This document shows, one piece after another, positions 26,872 to 36,303 of a DNA stretch of 64,000 nt (the stretch's first letter is position 1; each line of letters begins with the position of its first letter). This DNA comes from Gemmatimonadaceae bacterium. Lineage in GTDB: Bacteria; Gemmatimonadota; Gemmatimonadetes; Gemmatimonadales; Gemmatimonadaceae. The notes under the pieces were generated by a model. That model did no database searches. It was not told the DNA's origin and saw only the letters and a program-made list of their open reading frames with translations. The position numbers and the translations under genes were made by a program. Location of the stretch: contig JBHYGA010000006.1 of the NCBI GenBank assembly GCA_051859245.1, positions 32,001 to 96,000 of the forward strand. The letters are read 5' to 3'.

Positions 26872-28948
26872 TGGTCATCTCCCAGGTCGCGACGCTGTGC
26901 AACGTGATGGTGGCCGGCAGTTCACCGAGCGACACCACGGGCAGCGAAGGCAAAACAGGTTCAATCAGTCGACGCACACCAACGCGAAGCGATGGCGGTG
27001 TAATCAGCGGCAGCGGACGACCATCAACGGCGTGCGTGGTGGCCATCTGATTCAGCGAGCGCAGCAGCATGGCCAGTGAATCCGGCGTGAGCAGCGGCAC
27101 ACCCTGCGCCGCAACACGCGGTGAGAACAGACCGGTGAGAGCGCTCTCAAGCTTTGGTCCAATCGTTACGCCGCGCACAGTACCCGTGGCATCAGCGAAC
27201 ATGCGTGCAATCACATTGGTCAGTGCACGACGCGCTGCTTCCGTGAGTGCTTCCGGATCCTTTGTGGATTCCGCACCATCGCCAATCGCCTCAAGAATCG
27301 TGACGAGATCGCGAATCGGAACGCGCTCACGCAGCAGGCGTTGCAGCACACGATGCAACGTGCTGAGCGAAATCTTGTTGGGGACGATTTCGTCAACGAG
27401 CGCCGGATGCGACTTCTTGAGCGTCTCGATCATGCCTTGCACTTCCTGACGGCCCAGCAGCTCGGCGGCGTTCGACTTGAGCGTCTCCATGAGGTGCGTG
27501 GCGACGACGGTTGTCGGTTCGACGACAACAAATCCAAGTGCTTCGGCTTCGGTGCGACGCGGTGATGCAATCCAGCGCGCGGGCATGCCGAAAGACGGAT
27601 CCACTGTCTCCATGCCTTCGATGTCACCAACCACGCCACCCGTATCGAGTGCCATGAGGAAGCGCGGCAATACTTCACCACGCGCAACTTCGGAGCCGCG
27701 CAGCTTGATGAGGTACTCGTTGGCCGGCAGGCGAATGTCGTCGCGAATGCGAATGGGTGGCACGAGAATACCGAGCTCAAGCGCAGCCTGCTTGCGCAGC
27801 AGTGAAATGCGCTCGAGCAAATCGCCGCCCTGGCCTTCATCCACGAGTGGAATCAGCGCGTAACCCACTTCCAGTTCGATCGGATCGATCTGCAGCAGAT
27901 CGCGCATCGGATCGGTTTCCTGCGGCTCTTCCGGCTCCGGCGCAGGGCCGAGCAGTGCGAGTTCTTCGCGGCGCACTTCCTGCTTGCTGCTGGCTCGTGC
28001 GAGCAGCGCCGTACCACCGGCGAGTGCAATGAACGGCAGAATCGGCAGCCCGGGAACCAGCGCAAACGACGCCAGCAGTCCACTCGTAATCCAGAGCGCG
28101 CGTGGGTGTGCGCTGAGCTGATTGCTCAGCACAACGCCGATCCGATCTGTTCCAGTCGCCGCGGTGACCATGATACCAGCCGCGGTGGAAATGATCAGTG
28201 CCGGAATCTGCGAAACCAGGCCGTCGCCGACGGTAAGAATCGTGTACGTCGAGGCAGCGGTTGCAAAATCCATGTCGCGCTGCACTACACCAATGAAGAC
28301 ACCGCCGAGCACGTTGACCACGACAACGAGGATGCCAAGAATGGCGTCGCCTTTGACGTACTTGGATGCACCATCCATGGCACCATAGAAGTCGGCCGTG
28401 CGCGAGATGTCATCGCGACGACGACGGGCTTCCTTTTCGTCGATCAAGCCGGCGCTGAGATCAGCGTCGATTGCCATCTGTTTGCCAGGCATGGCATCGA
28501 GGGTAAAGCGTGCCGCAACTTCAGCAATACGGCCAGCACCCTTGGTAATAACAATGAAGTTGATGCCAATGAGCAGCAAAAAGATCACGATACCAACAGC
28601 GTAGTTGCCGCCGATCACAAACGCGCCAAACGCTTCAATGACTTCGCCGGCTTCGCCCTTGGACAGAATCAGTCGCGTGCTCGACACGTTCAGTCCGATG
28701 CGGAAGAGCGTGAGCAGCAGAATGAGCGACGGAAATGAGCTGAAGTCGAGCGGATTCGTGTTGTACAGCGACACGAGCAACACCACCAGCGACAATCCGA
28801 TGCTGGCCGCGAGGCACAGATCGAGCAGCACGGGTGGCAACGGAATGACGATGAGCGCGAGAATGAACACCACGGCCATCGCGAGGCCGATTTCGGCGAT
28901 CTTCCGCCCGCCAGCTTCCATTGGAATCGGAATTGCAGCGCTGGTCAT
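26861..28948 (-). CDS. flhA: Flagellar export protein FlhA
   Basis: RIAEVAARFTLDAMPGKQMAIDADL, FYGAMDGASK, LLRERVPIRDL. Confidence 0.97.
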   Translation of the reverse strand: MTSAAIPIPMEAGGRKIAEIGLAMAVVFILALIVIPLPPVLLDLCLAASIGLSLVVLLVSLYNTNPLDFSSFPSLILLLTLFRIGLNVSSTRLILSKGEAGEVIEAFGAFVIGGNYAVGIVIFLLLIGINFIVITKGAGRIAEVAARFTLDAMPGKQMAIDADLSAGLIDEKEARRRRDDISRTADFYGAMDGASKYVKGDAILGILVVVVNVLGGVFIGVVQRDMDFATAASTYTILTVGDGLVSQIPALIISTAAGIMVTAATGTDRIGVVLSNQLSAHPRALWITSGLLASFALVPGLPILPFIALAGGTALLARASSKQEVRREELALLGPAPEPEEPQETDPMRDLLQIDPIELEVGYALIPLVDEGQGGDLLERISLLRKQAALELGILVPPIRIRDDIRLPANEYLIKLRGSEVARGEVLPRFLMALDTGGVVGDIEGMETVDPSFGMPARWIASPRRTEAEALGFVVVEPTTVVATHLMETLKSNAAELLGRQEVQGMIETLKKSHPALVDEIVPNKISLSTLHRVLQRLLRERVPIRDLVTILEAIGDGAESTKDPEALTEAARRALTNVIARMFADATGTVRGVTIGPKLESALTGLFSPRVAAQGVPLLTPDSLAMLLRSLNQMATTHAVDGRPLPLITPPSLRVGVRRLIEPVLPSLPVVSLGELPATITLHSVATWEMTNAT

Positions 28949-28950
28949 GA

Positions 28951-30048
28951 TCAGGCCGCCGCAGTGCCGCGCCAGGCATTGCCATGGCGTTGTTTCTGAC
29001 GCATCACGAAGGCCAGCACTTCAGCCACCGCGAGATAAAAATCAACTGGAATCATGGAACCAACCCGCGCCACTTTCACGAGTGCGCGCGCCAATGGTTT
29101 GTTCTCGATCACCGGCACACCTGAGGCAAACGCGAGCGCCTTGATTTTTTCGGCGATCTTGCGCTGTCCAATGGCGAGCACGAACGGTGCAGGGGCGAGA
29201 TCGGTGTCGTACTTGAGCGCGATCGCGATGTGGGTTGGGTTGACAATCACCACGTCGGCTGATTTCACGTCGGTAAACATCTGCCGACGAATGCGCTCGC
29301 GTGCGATTGCACGACGACGCGCTTTGATGTTGCCATCGCCTTCGGCGCTCTTGCTTTCGTCCTTGATTTCCTGCTTGGACATTTTCATGTCTTCGGCGTT
29401 CTGCCAGCGCTGATAGCCGTAGTCGATCAGTGCGAGCACCAGGAACATCATGCCCGCGTTACGCAGCAGCTTGAGCGTGTATTCGCCAACCGTACTCATG
29501 AGCGCCGTGGGCTCGAGCAGTGGCAATGTCTCAAGCGCCGGGAGCGCGCGGCGCATCGTCATCCAGACCACGATCGCGACGATGCCCATCTTGACGAGCG
29601 ACTTGATCAACTCCACGACCGAACGCGCTGAGAAGATTTTCTTGAAGCCGCTGATCGGATTGATGCGCGAGAACTTTGGCGCCAGCGTTTTGGTCGTGAA
29701 GAGCGCGCCAACCTGCGCACCATTTACAGCAACTGCGATCGCGATGCTGGCGCCGAGCACTCCGGCCATCGCGGCCATCGTGCGCCAGCCCACACCCTGC
29801 AAGTTGGCAATCGCACCGCCGTCCATACGCGCGGGATCTCCCGCGTACATGAGGCTCTGTCCCATCGCGTCAAGCAGAAAGCGCCACAGCGGCGGACCGG
29901 CCATGGTGAGTGTCATGCCCATCGCGAGCAGGAACGCCGCAGTCATGAACTCGGGGCTTTTCGCAATCTGTCCTTCGTTACGCGCGTCTTCTTTTTTCTT
30001 GTCTGTGGCGTCTTCGGTCTTTTCGCCGCCCTGTCCTTCCTTCGCCAT
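28951..30048 (-). CDS. flhB: Flagellar export switch protein FlhB
   Basis: EKTEDAT, MKMSKQEIKDE, NPTH autocleavage motif. Confidence 0.96.
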   Translation of the reverse strand: MAKEGQGGEKTEDATDKKKEDARNEGQIAKSPEFMTAAFLLAMGMTLTMAGPPLWRFLLDAMGQSLMYAGDPARMDGGAIANLQGVGWRTMAAMAGVLGASIAIAVAVNGAQVGALFTTKTLAPKFSRINPISGFKKIFSARSVVELIKSLVKMGIVAIVVWMTMRRALPALETLPLLEPTALMSTVGEYTLKLLRNAGMMFLVLALIDYGYQRWQNAEDMKMSKQEIKDESKSAEGDGNIKARRRAIARERIRRQMFTDVKSADVVIVNPTHIAIALKYDTDLAPAPFVLAIGQRKIAEKIKALAFASGVPVIENKPLARALVKVARVGSMIPVDFYLAVAEVLAFVMRQKQRHGNAWRGTAAA

Positions 30049-30050
30049 AC

Positions 30051-30845
30051 TCAGCGACCTCCCGGCAGCGCAAACGCGCCCATCGTGCTCTCAAGCGAGC
30101 GACCAAACTCCGTGGGCCACTGTGCGAGCGCACCGCCAATCACCGACAGCGTGAGCGCGAGCGTGAGCAGACCAATGCCGATCTGCAGCGGAAACGCAAC
30201 GCTGAAAATGTTGAGCTGCGGCGCCGCTCGGCTCAGTACGCCGAGCGACACGTTGGCCAGCATGATCGCGCCGAGCACCGGCGCAGAGAATCGGAGGGCC
30301 GCGGCAAAGATTGACGAACCCGTGGCGGCGAGCGCCTGTGCACCTTCCGCCATATTGATCGGCGCGCCAAGTGGCAACACCGCGAAGGTGTCCGCGAGTG
30401 CGTCGATCATCATCACGTGCCCGCCCGCGGTGAGCAGCAACGTGAGCGCGAGCAGTTGCATGAACTGACCGAGCACCATCGTCTGCCCACCTTGCGTGGG
30501 ATTGAAAATGGCGGCGCCGGAGAGACCGATGGAAATGGCCATCATATCACCGGCCGCTTCCGCTCCGGCAATGATGATCGCGCCGGCAAAACCAATCGCG
30601 AAGCCAATGAGCGTTTCGCCAATGAAGGCGGCGGGCGTAATCACAATCTCACCGGCCGGCGCGCTCGCAAGCGCGGTGGGCAGCAGCACCACGGCGAAGA
30701 GTGCGAGGCACGCCGTGCGCAGGCGCATCGGCACCGTCTTGGCCGACCAGAGCGGGGCGACCATCAGCAGTCCCCCGACGCGCAGCGCGACGAGCACGAG
30801 AGCTGACGCCGTTCCAGGCGCGAACAGGTCGGGAAAACCGCTCAC
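30051..30845 (-). CDS. fliR: Flagellar export protein FliR
   Basis: Multi-TM, LSRAAPQLNIFSVAFP; GTGA overlap with fliQ stop. Confidence 0.93.
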   Translation of the reverse strand: MSGFPDLFAPGTASALVLVALRVGGLLMVAPLWSAKTVPMRLRTACLALFAVVLLPTALASAPAGEIVITPAAFIGETLIGFAIGFAGAIIIAGAEAAGDMMAISIGLSGAAIFNPTQGGQTMVLGQFMQLLALTLLLTAGGHVMMIDALADTFAVLPLGAPINMAEGAQALAATGSSIFAAALRFSAPVLGAIMLANVSLGVLSRAAPQLNIFSVAFPLQIGIGLLTLALTLSVIGGALAQWPTEFGRSLESTMGAFALPGGR

Positions 30846-31111
30846 GCCACCATCCCGGGAATCCCCTGGATGAGCGCCTTGGTGTACTTGATCAGGATCT
30901 GCATCAGCCACGGCAGGCCGATAATGAACGCCGCGCCAACGCCCACCAGCTTGGGCACGAACGAGAGCGTCTGCTCCTGGATCTGCGTTACCGACTGCAC
31001 CACGCTCACCAGCAGACCAATGCCGAGCGCGATGATCAGCATGGGCGCTGAGATCATCAGGGCGGTCAGGATGGCTTCGCGCGAGAGGTCGATAACGAAC
31101 TGGTGCGACAT
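30842..31111 (-). CDS. fliQ: Flagellar export protein FliQ
   Basis: GLLVSVVQSVTQIQEQTLSFVPKL. Confidence 0.95.
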   Translation of the reverse strand: MSHQFVIDLSREAILTALMISAPMLIIALGIGLLVSVVQSVTQIQEQTLSFVPKLVGVGAAFIIGLPWLMQILIKYTKALIQGIPGMVA

Positions 31112-31177
31112 GCGGAGATCTGGTGGTCGATGATGATGTTGCCATGACGGAACGAGTCCGCCTCGACCACAACAGAA

Positions 31178-31193
31178 AGCAGGAGTCGTACCA
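31178..31193 (-). promoter_or_regulatory. sigma54 promoter of the fliQR-flhBAFG-fliA operon
   Basis: Minus strand TGGTACGACTCCTGCT (GG-N10-GC). Confidence 0.75.
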
Positions 31194-31232
31194 CGACCGT
31201 TCAGCTTGTTCAGGATTACGGAAAGTGTTGCA

Positions 31233-31245
31233 AATAAACGATTTG
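31233..31245. promoter_or_regulatory. IHF-like site upstream of the fliQ promoter
   Basis: AATAAACGATTTG, one mismatch to WATCAANNNNTTR. Confidence 0.5.
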
Positions 31246-31291
31246 CATTGTTTGTATTTGGTTGTGCGCCAACGGCTGTTCGGCGCCGGAC

Positions 31292-31306
31292 CGGCATTTT
31301 CTTCCC
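31292..31306. promoter_or_regulatory. Candidate enhancer site (CGGCA-N5-TGCCG variant)
   Basis: CGGCATTTTCTTCCC, 99 bp upstream of the sigma54 element. Confidence 0.5.
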
Positions 31307-31382
31307 TATTGCCGAAGCGGCGCAAAGGCGACCAGAGCCACTAGGAAGGAGATGCCGATCACAGATTCACTCCGCGAAAACC

Positions 31383-31413
31383 AAAAAGCCGCGACCCTCA
31401 AGGGTCGCGGCTT
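31383..31413 (-). terminator. Rho-independent terminator after fliOP
   Basis: Minus strand GCCGCGACCC-TTGA-GGGTCGCGGC followed by TTTTT. Confidence 0.85.
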
Positions 31414-31457
31414 CGATTTCTGATGGCGGGTCCAGACAGCCCAGCAGTTGCCGGTCG

Positions 31458-33092
31458 CTATTTGAAGCTTTGGATCAGGCTCTGCATGGTGAGGCTCCAT
31501 CCGTCCACCAGCACGAACAAGAGCAACTTGAAGGGCAGCGAAATCATCGCCGGAGGCAGCATGAACATGCCCATGGCCATGAGGACGGACGCCACCACCG
31601 CATCGATAATGATGAACGGCAGGTAGATCGCGAATCCGATCTGGAACGCGGTGCGCAGCTCACTGGCCACAAAGGCCGACATGAGCACGTGCAGCGGTAC
31701 GTCATCCGGCGTTTCCGGTTGCTCGATGCGGCTCATCTCCACAAAGGTGCGCAGATCTTTCTCGTTCGTCTGCCGCAGCATGAACTCGCGGAACGGGACG
31801 ACGCCGGTTTTCAGCATCTCCGTTTGTTCGATGCGTCCCTCAAGCCAGGGGCTGATCGCGGTGCGATTGGCTTCCGACAGGGTAGGCGCCATCACGAACC
31901 CGGTGAGCAAGAGCGCGAGGCCCGCCACGAGGTGAGCCGGAGGCGCGCTTTGCGTACCCATCGCCTGCTTGAGAAAATGCAGCACAATCAGGATACGCGT
32001 GAAGCCGGTCATCATGAGTAGCAGCGTTGGCACGAGCGTCATGAGTCCCATCATCAACACGACACCAACGGTACCGTTCAAGCGCAGTCCGCCATCTGGA
32101 CCGTTTCCGACACGCAGGTCGAGCTGGGGCGCCAGACCTGAAACAGCGTCAGCCACCGAGGCCGGCTGCGTCGGATCGGGCTCGGCGACAGTCGCGTCGG
32201 CCGGCCGCGCCGAGTTGCTGGTCGCGGCATTTGCGGCGGGCGCTCCTGCGGTCTGGGTTCCTGCGGTAGCCGCGGCGGCGTTCGTGGCATTGGCCGGCCG
32301 TGCGGCACCGGCCGCTGGTCGCGTGTTGCCAACCGGTGCGACGGTTGGCGCTGCGGGTGTGTTCGGTGCGGGCGGAGTTGGGCGAACGACCGGCGGCTGA
32401 ACCGTGGGTACCGGTGCTCCGCCTGCGGCTGGTGGCGCCTGCGCTCCGGCTCCGAACGGCGACGTGAACTGCGAAAGCACCGCAAACGCCGCGATCGACA
32501 GCAGACGAGTGGACGGTGCGAGCGTCATGGACAGCACGCTGTGCAGATCGCGGTGTGCTGAGCGCGGGGCTGCCGCTACAACAGTCGGCGTTTGCACCAC
32601 GGGCTGCGGCGACGTGACCACGTGTTGGCCGAGCGATGCGTTCGTGGCTTGCGAGAGGGCGCGATCAAATGAAGGTGCTGCAGCGGCGACGTTGGCATTC
32701 GCGCCACGCCGCGCGACCAAGGCGCGCTGCAGCGGTGCGGTAAACGCATTCGTCAATGACTTGGTGAACGCGGCGTGTGCGGTGGCGCTTGACACCATTG
32801 GCATTGGCAACTCGCTGCCGGCCACAATGCGCTGACGGTCGGCTTCGTCAACTTCAAACAGTGTGTGTACGCCACCATCGCCAACGGAGACGGCGAGCAC
32901 TTTCTCACCAACACGCACTACGGCCAGTCCCGACTTGGGGCCAAGTGGCAGTCGTTGCACGATCTCCACTTGCAAGCGCGAACGTCCTGACAGCGCACCA
33001 CCACCCACGCGCTTCAGCGCCCACACCGTCAGTGCGATGAGACCAAGTACAAACACCAGTGCTGCGAGAATTCCGATGCCAGCCGAAAGCAT
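31458..33092 (-). CDS. fliP: FliO-FliP fusion protein
   Basis: N-terminal FliO (TM, then QRLPLGPKSGLAVVRVGEKVLAVSV); C-terminal FliP (MMTGFTRI, SELRTAFQIGF, MGMFMLPP, PFKLLLFVLVDGW); one continuous 544 aa frame. Confidence 0.9.
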   Translation of the reverse strand: MLSAGIGILAALVFVLGLIALTVWALKRVGGGALSGRSRLQVEIVQRLPLGPKSGLAVVRVGEKVLAVSVGDGGVHTLFEVDEADRQRIVAGSELPMPMVSSATAHAAFTKSLTNAFTAPLQRALVARRGANANVAAAAPSFDRALSQATNASLGQHVVTSPQPVVQTPTVVAAAPRSAHRDLHSVLSMTLAPSTRLLSIAAFAVLSQFTSPFGAGAQAPPAAGGAPVPTVQPPVVRPTPPAPNTPAAPTVAPVGNTRPAAGAARPANATNAAAATAGTQTAGAPAANAATSNSARPADATVAEPDPTQPASVADAVSGLAPQLDLRVGNGPDGGLRLNGTVGVVLMMGLMTLVPTLLLMMTGFTRILIVLHFLKQAMGTQSAPPAHLVAGLALLLTGFVMAPTLSEANRTAISPWLEGRIEQTEMLKTGVVPFREFMLRQTNEKDLRTFVEMSRIEQPETPDDVPLHVLMSAFVASELRTAFQIGFAIYLPFIIIDAVVASVLMAMGMFMLPPAMISLPFKLLLFVLVDGWSLTMQSLIQSFK

Positions 33093-33133
33093 GAGCGTGT
33101 TGTGTGTTGCGAGGACGACGTGAACAGCGCGGA

Positions 33134-33559
33134 CTACGCGGCTTCTTTCGCGGCACCGCCGCGCGACAGAATGCGCGTTACGCGCACGCCGAAGTGTTCG
33201 CCCAGCACCACCACTTCACCTTCTGCAAAACGACGATCGCCAACAAAAATGTCGATCGGTTCACCCGCGAGGCGTTCGAGCTGAATCACCGAACCACGTC
33301 CGAGGCGCAGGATTTCCTGCACCGACATGGACGTGCGTCCCAGTTCAATGGAAATCGGCAGTGACAAGCTGAACAGCATGCTCAGTGGCACTTCGGTGCT
33401 CGATGCGGCAACGCGTTCGAACTCGGCGAGTTGTGGTGCGGCTGGCTGATTGCCAGCCGGTGCAGGTGTTGATTCTGCGACCGGCTGGGTAGCAGGTTGA
33501 CCGGCCGCTTTCGCAGCCTGTACGCTCGCAACGAGCGCGTCGATTTCAGCGGGATTCAT
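33134..33559 (-). CDS. fliN: Motor switch protein FliN
   Basis: IELGRT, LGRGSVIQLERLAGEP, GEVVV, FGVRVT. Confidence 0.95.
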   Translation of the reverse strand: MNPAEIDALVASVQAAKAAGQPATQPVAESTPAPAGNQPAAPQLAEFERVAASSTEVPLSMLFSLSLPISIELGRTSMSVQEILRLGRGSVIQLERLAGEPIDIFVGDRRFAEGEVVVLGEHFGVRVTRILSRGGAAKEAA

Positions 33560-33574
33560 ATGCGTCTGGGTTGG

Positions 33575-34555
33575 CTAAAGCGTGTTCGGTGTCACCGAGT
33601 CAACAATGCGTACCGCGAGCATTCCGCTCACTCGGCCCGCCTGGCCTACAAACCGTTCCTGTTCACCGGCGCGCACGATCAATCGTGCATCCTTCGGAAT
33701 TCCGGTTGGGATGACGCTGCCAACGGAGAGTTCGGTGAGATCCTGCAGTGTCATTTCAAACTGTGGCATGCGCACCGAGATCGGCACGCGCATATCACGC
33801 ACGGCGTTTTCCGACTTCAGGCGTGCGGCTTCGCGTTCCGCGTCGTTCGAATGCAACAGCGCCAGTCGCTGCTGACCACTCGACGTGAAAAACTTGTCGA
33901 GCACGGAGAACGGCAGACAGATGAGCATGAGGCTGCTCTGATTGGCTGCGGTGATTTCCACGTTGGCCACAAGCACGGGATCTTCGCGGTTCGCCACCTG
34001 CAGAATTTCTGGCGATGATTCGAAGCCCGTGATGTTGATGCCCATGGGAACGTGATCCTGCCAGATTTCTTCGGTCAGCTGCGCCACGCGGTCGGCAACC
34101 GTGCGAATCGCCATGCGTTCGATCGGCGTGAGCGAACGATTGGGTACGGCGGCCTGACCCGTACCACCAAACACGCGATCAATCACGTAGAAGCCGAACT
34201 CGGGACCGATGTCGATGACACCTTTCTGACCGGTTTCGGCGATTTCAAAGACGAATGACGAACAGGGTGTTGGCAGCGACAGCGTGAACTCACCAAAGCT
34301 GAATTGCTCGACGCTTTGCAGACGAACTTCGATTTGTCCGCGCACGCGTGAGATCACCCACGCTTCCAGATTCTTGACCAGTCGCTCGTACATGGCTTCG
34401 AGCGTACGCAGACGTTCCTTGCTGACACGCGCTGGTCGACGGAAGTCATACACCTGCACGTCCACACCGGCGCCGGCTTTTGGCGTGGCGCGTCCGGCGC
34501 CACTGCTGCCGAGCAGTCGGTCAATGTCGTGCTGCGAAAGCGTCTCGGAGCTCAT
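33575..34555 (-). CDS. fliM: Motor switch protein FliM
   Basis: LSQHDIDRLL CheY-binding peptide, YDFRRP, FGG.G, RSLTPIE. Confidence 0.94.
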   Translation of the reverse strand: MSSETLSQHDIDRLLGSSGAGRATPKAGAGVDVQVYDFRRPARVSKERLRTLEAMYERLVKNLEAWVISRVRGQIEVRLQSVEQFSFGEFTLSLPTPCSSFVFEIAETGQKGVIDIGPEFGFYVIDRVFGGTGQAAVPNRSLTPIERMAIRTVADRVAQLTEEIWQDHVPMGINITGFESSPEILQVANREDPVLVANVEITAANQSSLMLICLPFSVLDKFFTSSGQQRLALLHSNDAEREAARLKSENAVRDMRVPISVRMPQFEMTLQDLTELSVGSVIPTGIPKDARLIVRAGEQERFVGQAGRVSGMLAVRIVDSVTPNTL

Positions 34556-34565
34556 GCGTGGCCGC

Positions 34566-35108
34566 TCACTGAACCACGTATTTGGGGAAGTACACGCGCA
34601 GGACCGTCTTCTTACCGAAGCGTTCGTTGATCGCGTTCTGGACTTCGACCTTGATGGAGTCGCGAAGGGTGATGTCGGTGAGCTCCTCGACCGTTTTGCC
34701 GCCGAGCGTGGAGAGCACCACGTCACTGAGCTCCGCATCACGGGTCTGCAGCGCGGTCACGCCGGCCGCGTTGGCGCATTCAATGGTGAGGGTCAGCAGC
34801 AGGAATCGCGTGCCACCAGATCCGGCTGGATTCAGCGCCAGATTGTCCAGCGTATGCAGCGCGGGCGCTGCGGCGCCGGCGGCTGCGGAGTCGCCCTCGG
34901 CCAGTTCGGTTGAATCAGTGGCCGCGGAGTCCACGGCGACCACACCAAAGCCCAGAGCTTTTGCTGCCGCTGGACCTACCACCACAGCACCGGTGCCCAC
35001 GCCAACGGCGAGGCCCACTATGATGGCGACCATGAGGGGCAGGCGCGCCTTGATACCGCTGGGCGCTGCCGCCTGTTCTGGTGCCTGTGTTTCTGGAGAG
35101 TCGGCCAT
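34566..35108 (-). CDS. fliL: Flagellar basal body-associated protein FliL
   Basis: Single TM, LNPAGSGGTRFL, VLRVYFPKYVVQ C-terminus. Confidence 0.92.
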   Translation of the reverse strand: MADSPETQAPEQAAAPSGIKARLPLMVAIIVGLAVGVGTGAVVVGPAAAKALGFGVVAVDSAATDSTELAEGDSAAAGAAAPALHTLDNLALNPAGSGGTRFLLLTLTIECANAAGVTALQTRDAELSDVVLSTLGGKTVEELTDITLRDSIKVEVQNAINERFGKKTVLRVYFPKYVVQ

Positions 35109-35149
35109 AAAGTAGAATCGGGGAAACGAGAATATCCGATTCTGTTAGA

Positions 35150-35165
35150 AGCATACCTGATGCCA
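35150..35165 (-). promoter_or_regulatory. sigma54 promoter of the fliLMN-fliOP operon
   Basis: Minus strand TGGCATCAGGTATGCT (GG-N10-GC); AT-rich tract at about 35201-35230 upstream. Confidence 0.78.
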
Positions 35166-35308
35166 CGCCGATTTCGGGCGCACCGGGCGGTGCTGAAGCC
35201 GATTTATCTATATATACTGTATATAGTTAGCCGATATTTGCGGGCTCTGGGGCGAAGTGGGGACCTCGCGCTACTCGGCTCGAAAACTGGGAATAAATGG
35301 CGCCGGAG

Positions 35309-35350
35309 CGGCAAATGCTGCCGATCGGTCTGGGCCGGAAATTTATTCCC
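35309..35350. promoter_or_regulatory. Candidate enhancer sites
   Basis: CGGCAAATGCTGCCG (35309-35323) and CGGAAATTTATTCCC (35336-35350). Confidence 0.6.
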
Positions 35351-35360
35351 GTCCGACTGA

Positions 35361-36140
35361 TTAGAACTTCTTGCTGGCGCCGCGGAGCCAGTAGATCACG
35401 AGCTCGCAGGGCTGCTGCCCGGATACGAGCACGTAGCTGCGAAAGCGGGCTGGCACCTTGATAAACTCGTCGTAGTACTCGATCGCGACCACGTCGTTGG
35501 GTCGCCAGTTCATATCTGGTGGGAATGAGCCGGGCTCCGCCAGCATCGGCGGTTGCCCATTCCAGAGTTCAACGAGGCAGCGACTGGGTCGGGCCATAAT
35601 GCGCCACTCGCGTCCCATGGGGCCGAGTACCATGTTGCGCCGCAGCCCGGGCATGCCCTCGAACATGTCGGCCCACTGATCTGATCGCAGGGAACGCAGG
35701 GTACCGGCGTCGCGGAAATAGCCGAGCCCTGCCTGTCGGCGACATTCGAAGCCTTCGAGCGTCGTGGTGGCGCAGCGATCGGCGTCGGCCATGGCACGAA
35801 CGGTGTCGAGCGTGTTCGAGAACTGGGTCATGACCAGCACCAACCCTTCAGCCATTCCGGGCCTGTAGTTGAAGGACGCACTGAAACTGATATAGCCGAC
35901 TTTGCGGACGCGAATCTCGTACGTGCCGGCTTTCCCCAGCGGAAGTACAAATCGGCCGTCCTGATCAGTGCGGGCGCGGATCGGCGTGTTGGCGATGCTG
36001 ACATCAGCATCAGGTAGCGGTCGACCGAGGGTGTCCACGACGGAGCCGCGGATGGGCTGCGCGTGCGAGATCGCCGGCATGAGAAACGCCAGCATCACGG
36101 CGACAATCGCCAGCGCGGAAACGTTCGACGTGAGACGCAT
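35361..36140 (-). CDS. Secreted protein with carboxypeptidase-regulatory-like domain
   Basis: Signal peptide, IRGSVVDTLGRPLPDADV...RTDQDGRF...VRKVGY, then plug-like 'VVAIEYY...C..VIYWLR'. Confidence 0.8.
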   Translation of the reverse strand: MRLTSNVSALAIVAVMLAFLMPAISHAQPIRGSVVDTLGRPLPDADVSIANTPIRARTDQDGRFVLPLGKAGTYEIRVRKVGYISFSASFNYRPGMAEGLVLVMTQFSNTLDTVRAMADADRCATTTLEGFECRRQAGLGYFRDAGTLRSLRSDQWADMFEGMPGLRRNMVLGPMGREWRIMARPSRCLVELWNGQPPMLAEPGSFPPDMNWRPNDVVAIEYYDEFIKVPARFRSYVLVSGQQPCELVIYWLRGASKKF

Positions 36141-36303
36141 CACAACCGAGTACTCAGATCAGCGGTCGTTGATCCATGCGGCCTCGCGGGCAACCGGTTC
36201 AGCCCGCCGTACGCACTCTCGGTCAGCCGCACTCAACTCCCCATGCCACCGGGAGTGTCGCACGAGCAGCCCACAGGTTCGCCCCCCGCACACAGCCGCT
36301 TCC

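Noticed and set aside
30846..31325. N-terminal extensions of fliR and fliQ in the ORF track (likewise fliM, fliH, fliE, flgF, flgB, gspG)
   Set aside because: They run through neighbouring genes or promoter regions; downstream starts match family N-termini and stop/start overlaps.
35211..35237. sigma28-like TATA-N15-GCCGATAT on the plus strand
   Set aside because: Imperfect -35 and it points at the 3' end of an opposite-strand gene; better explained as the AT-rich tract of the fliL promoter.
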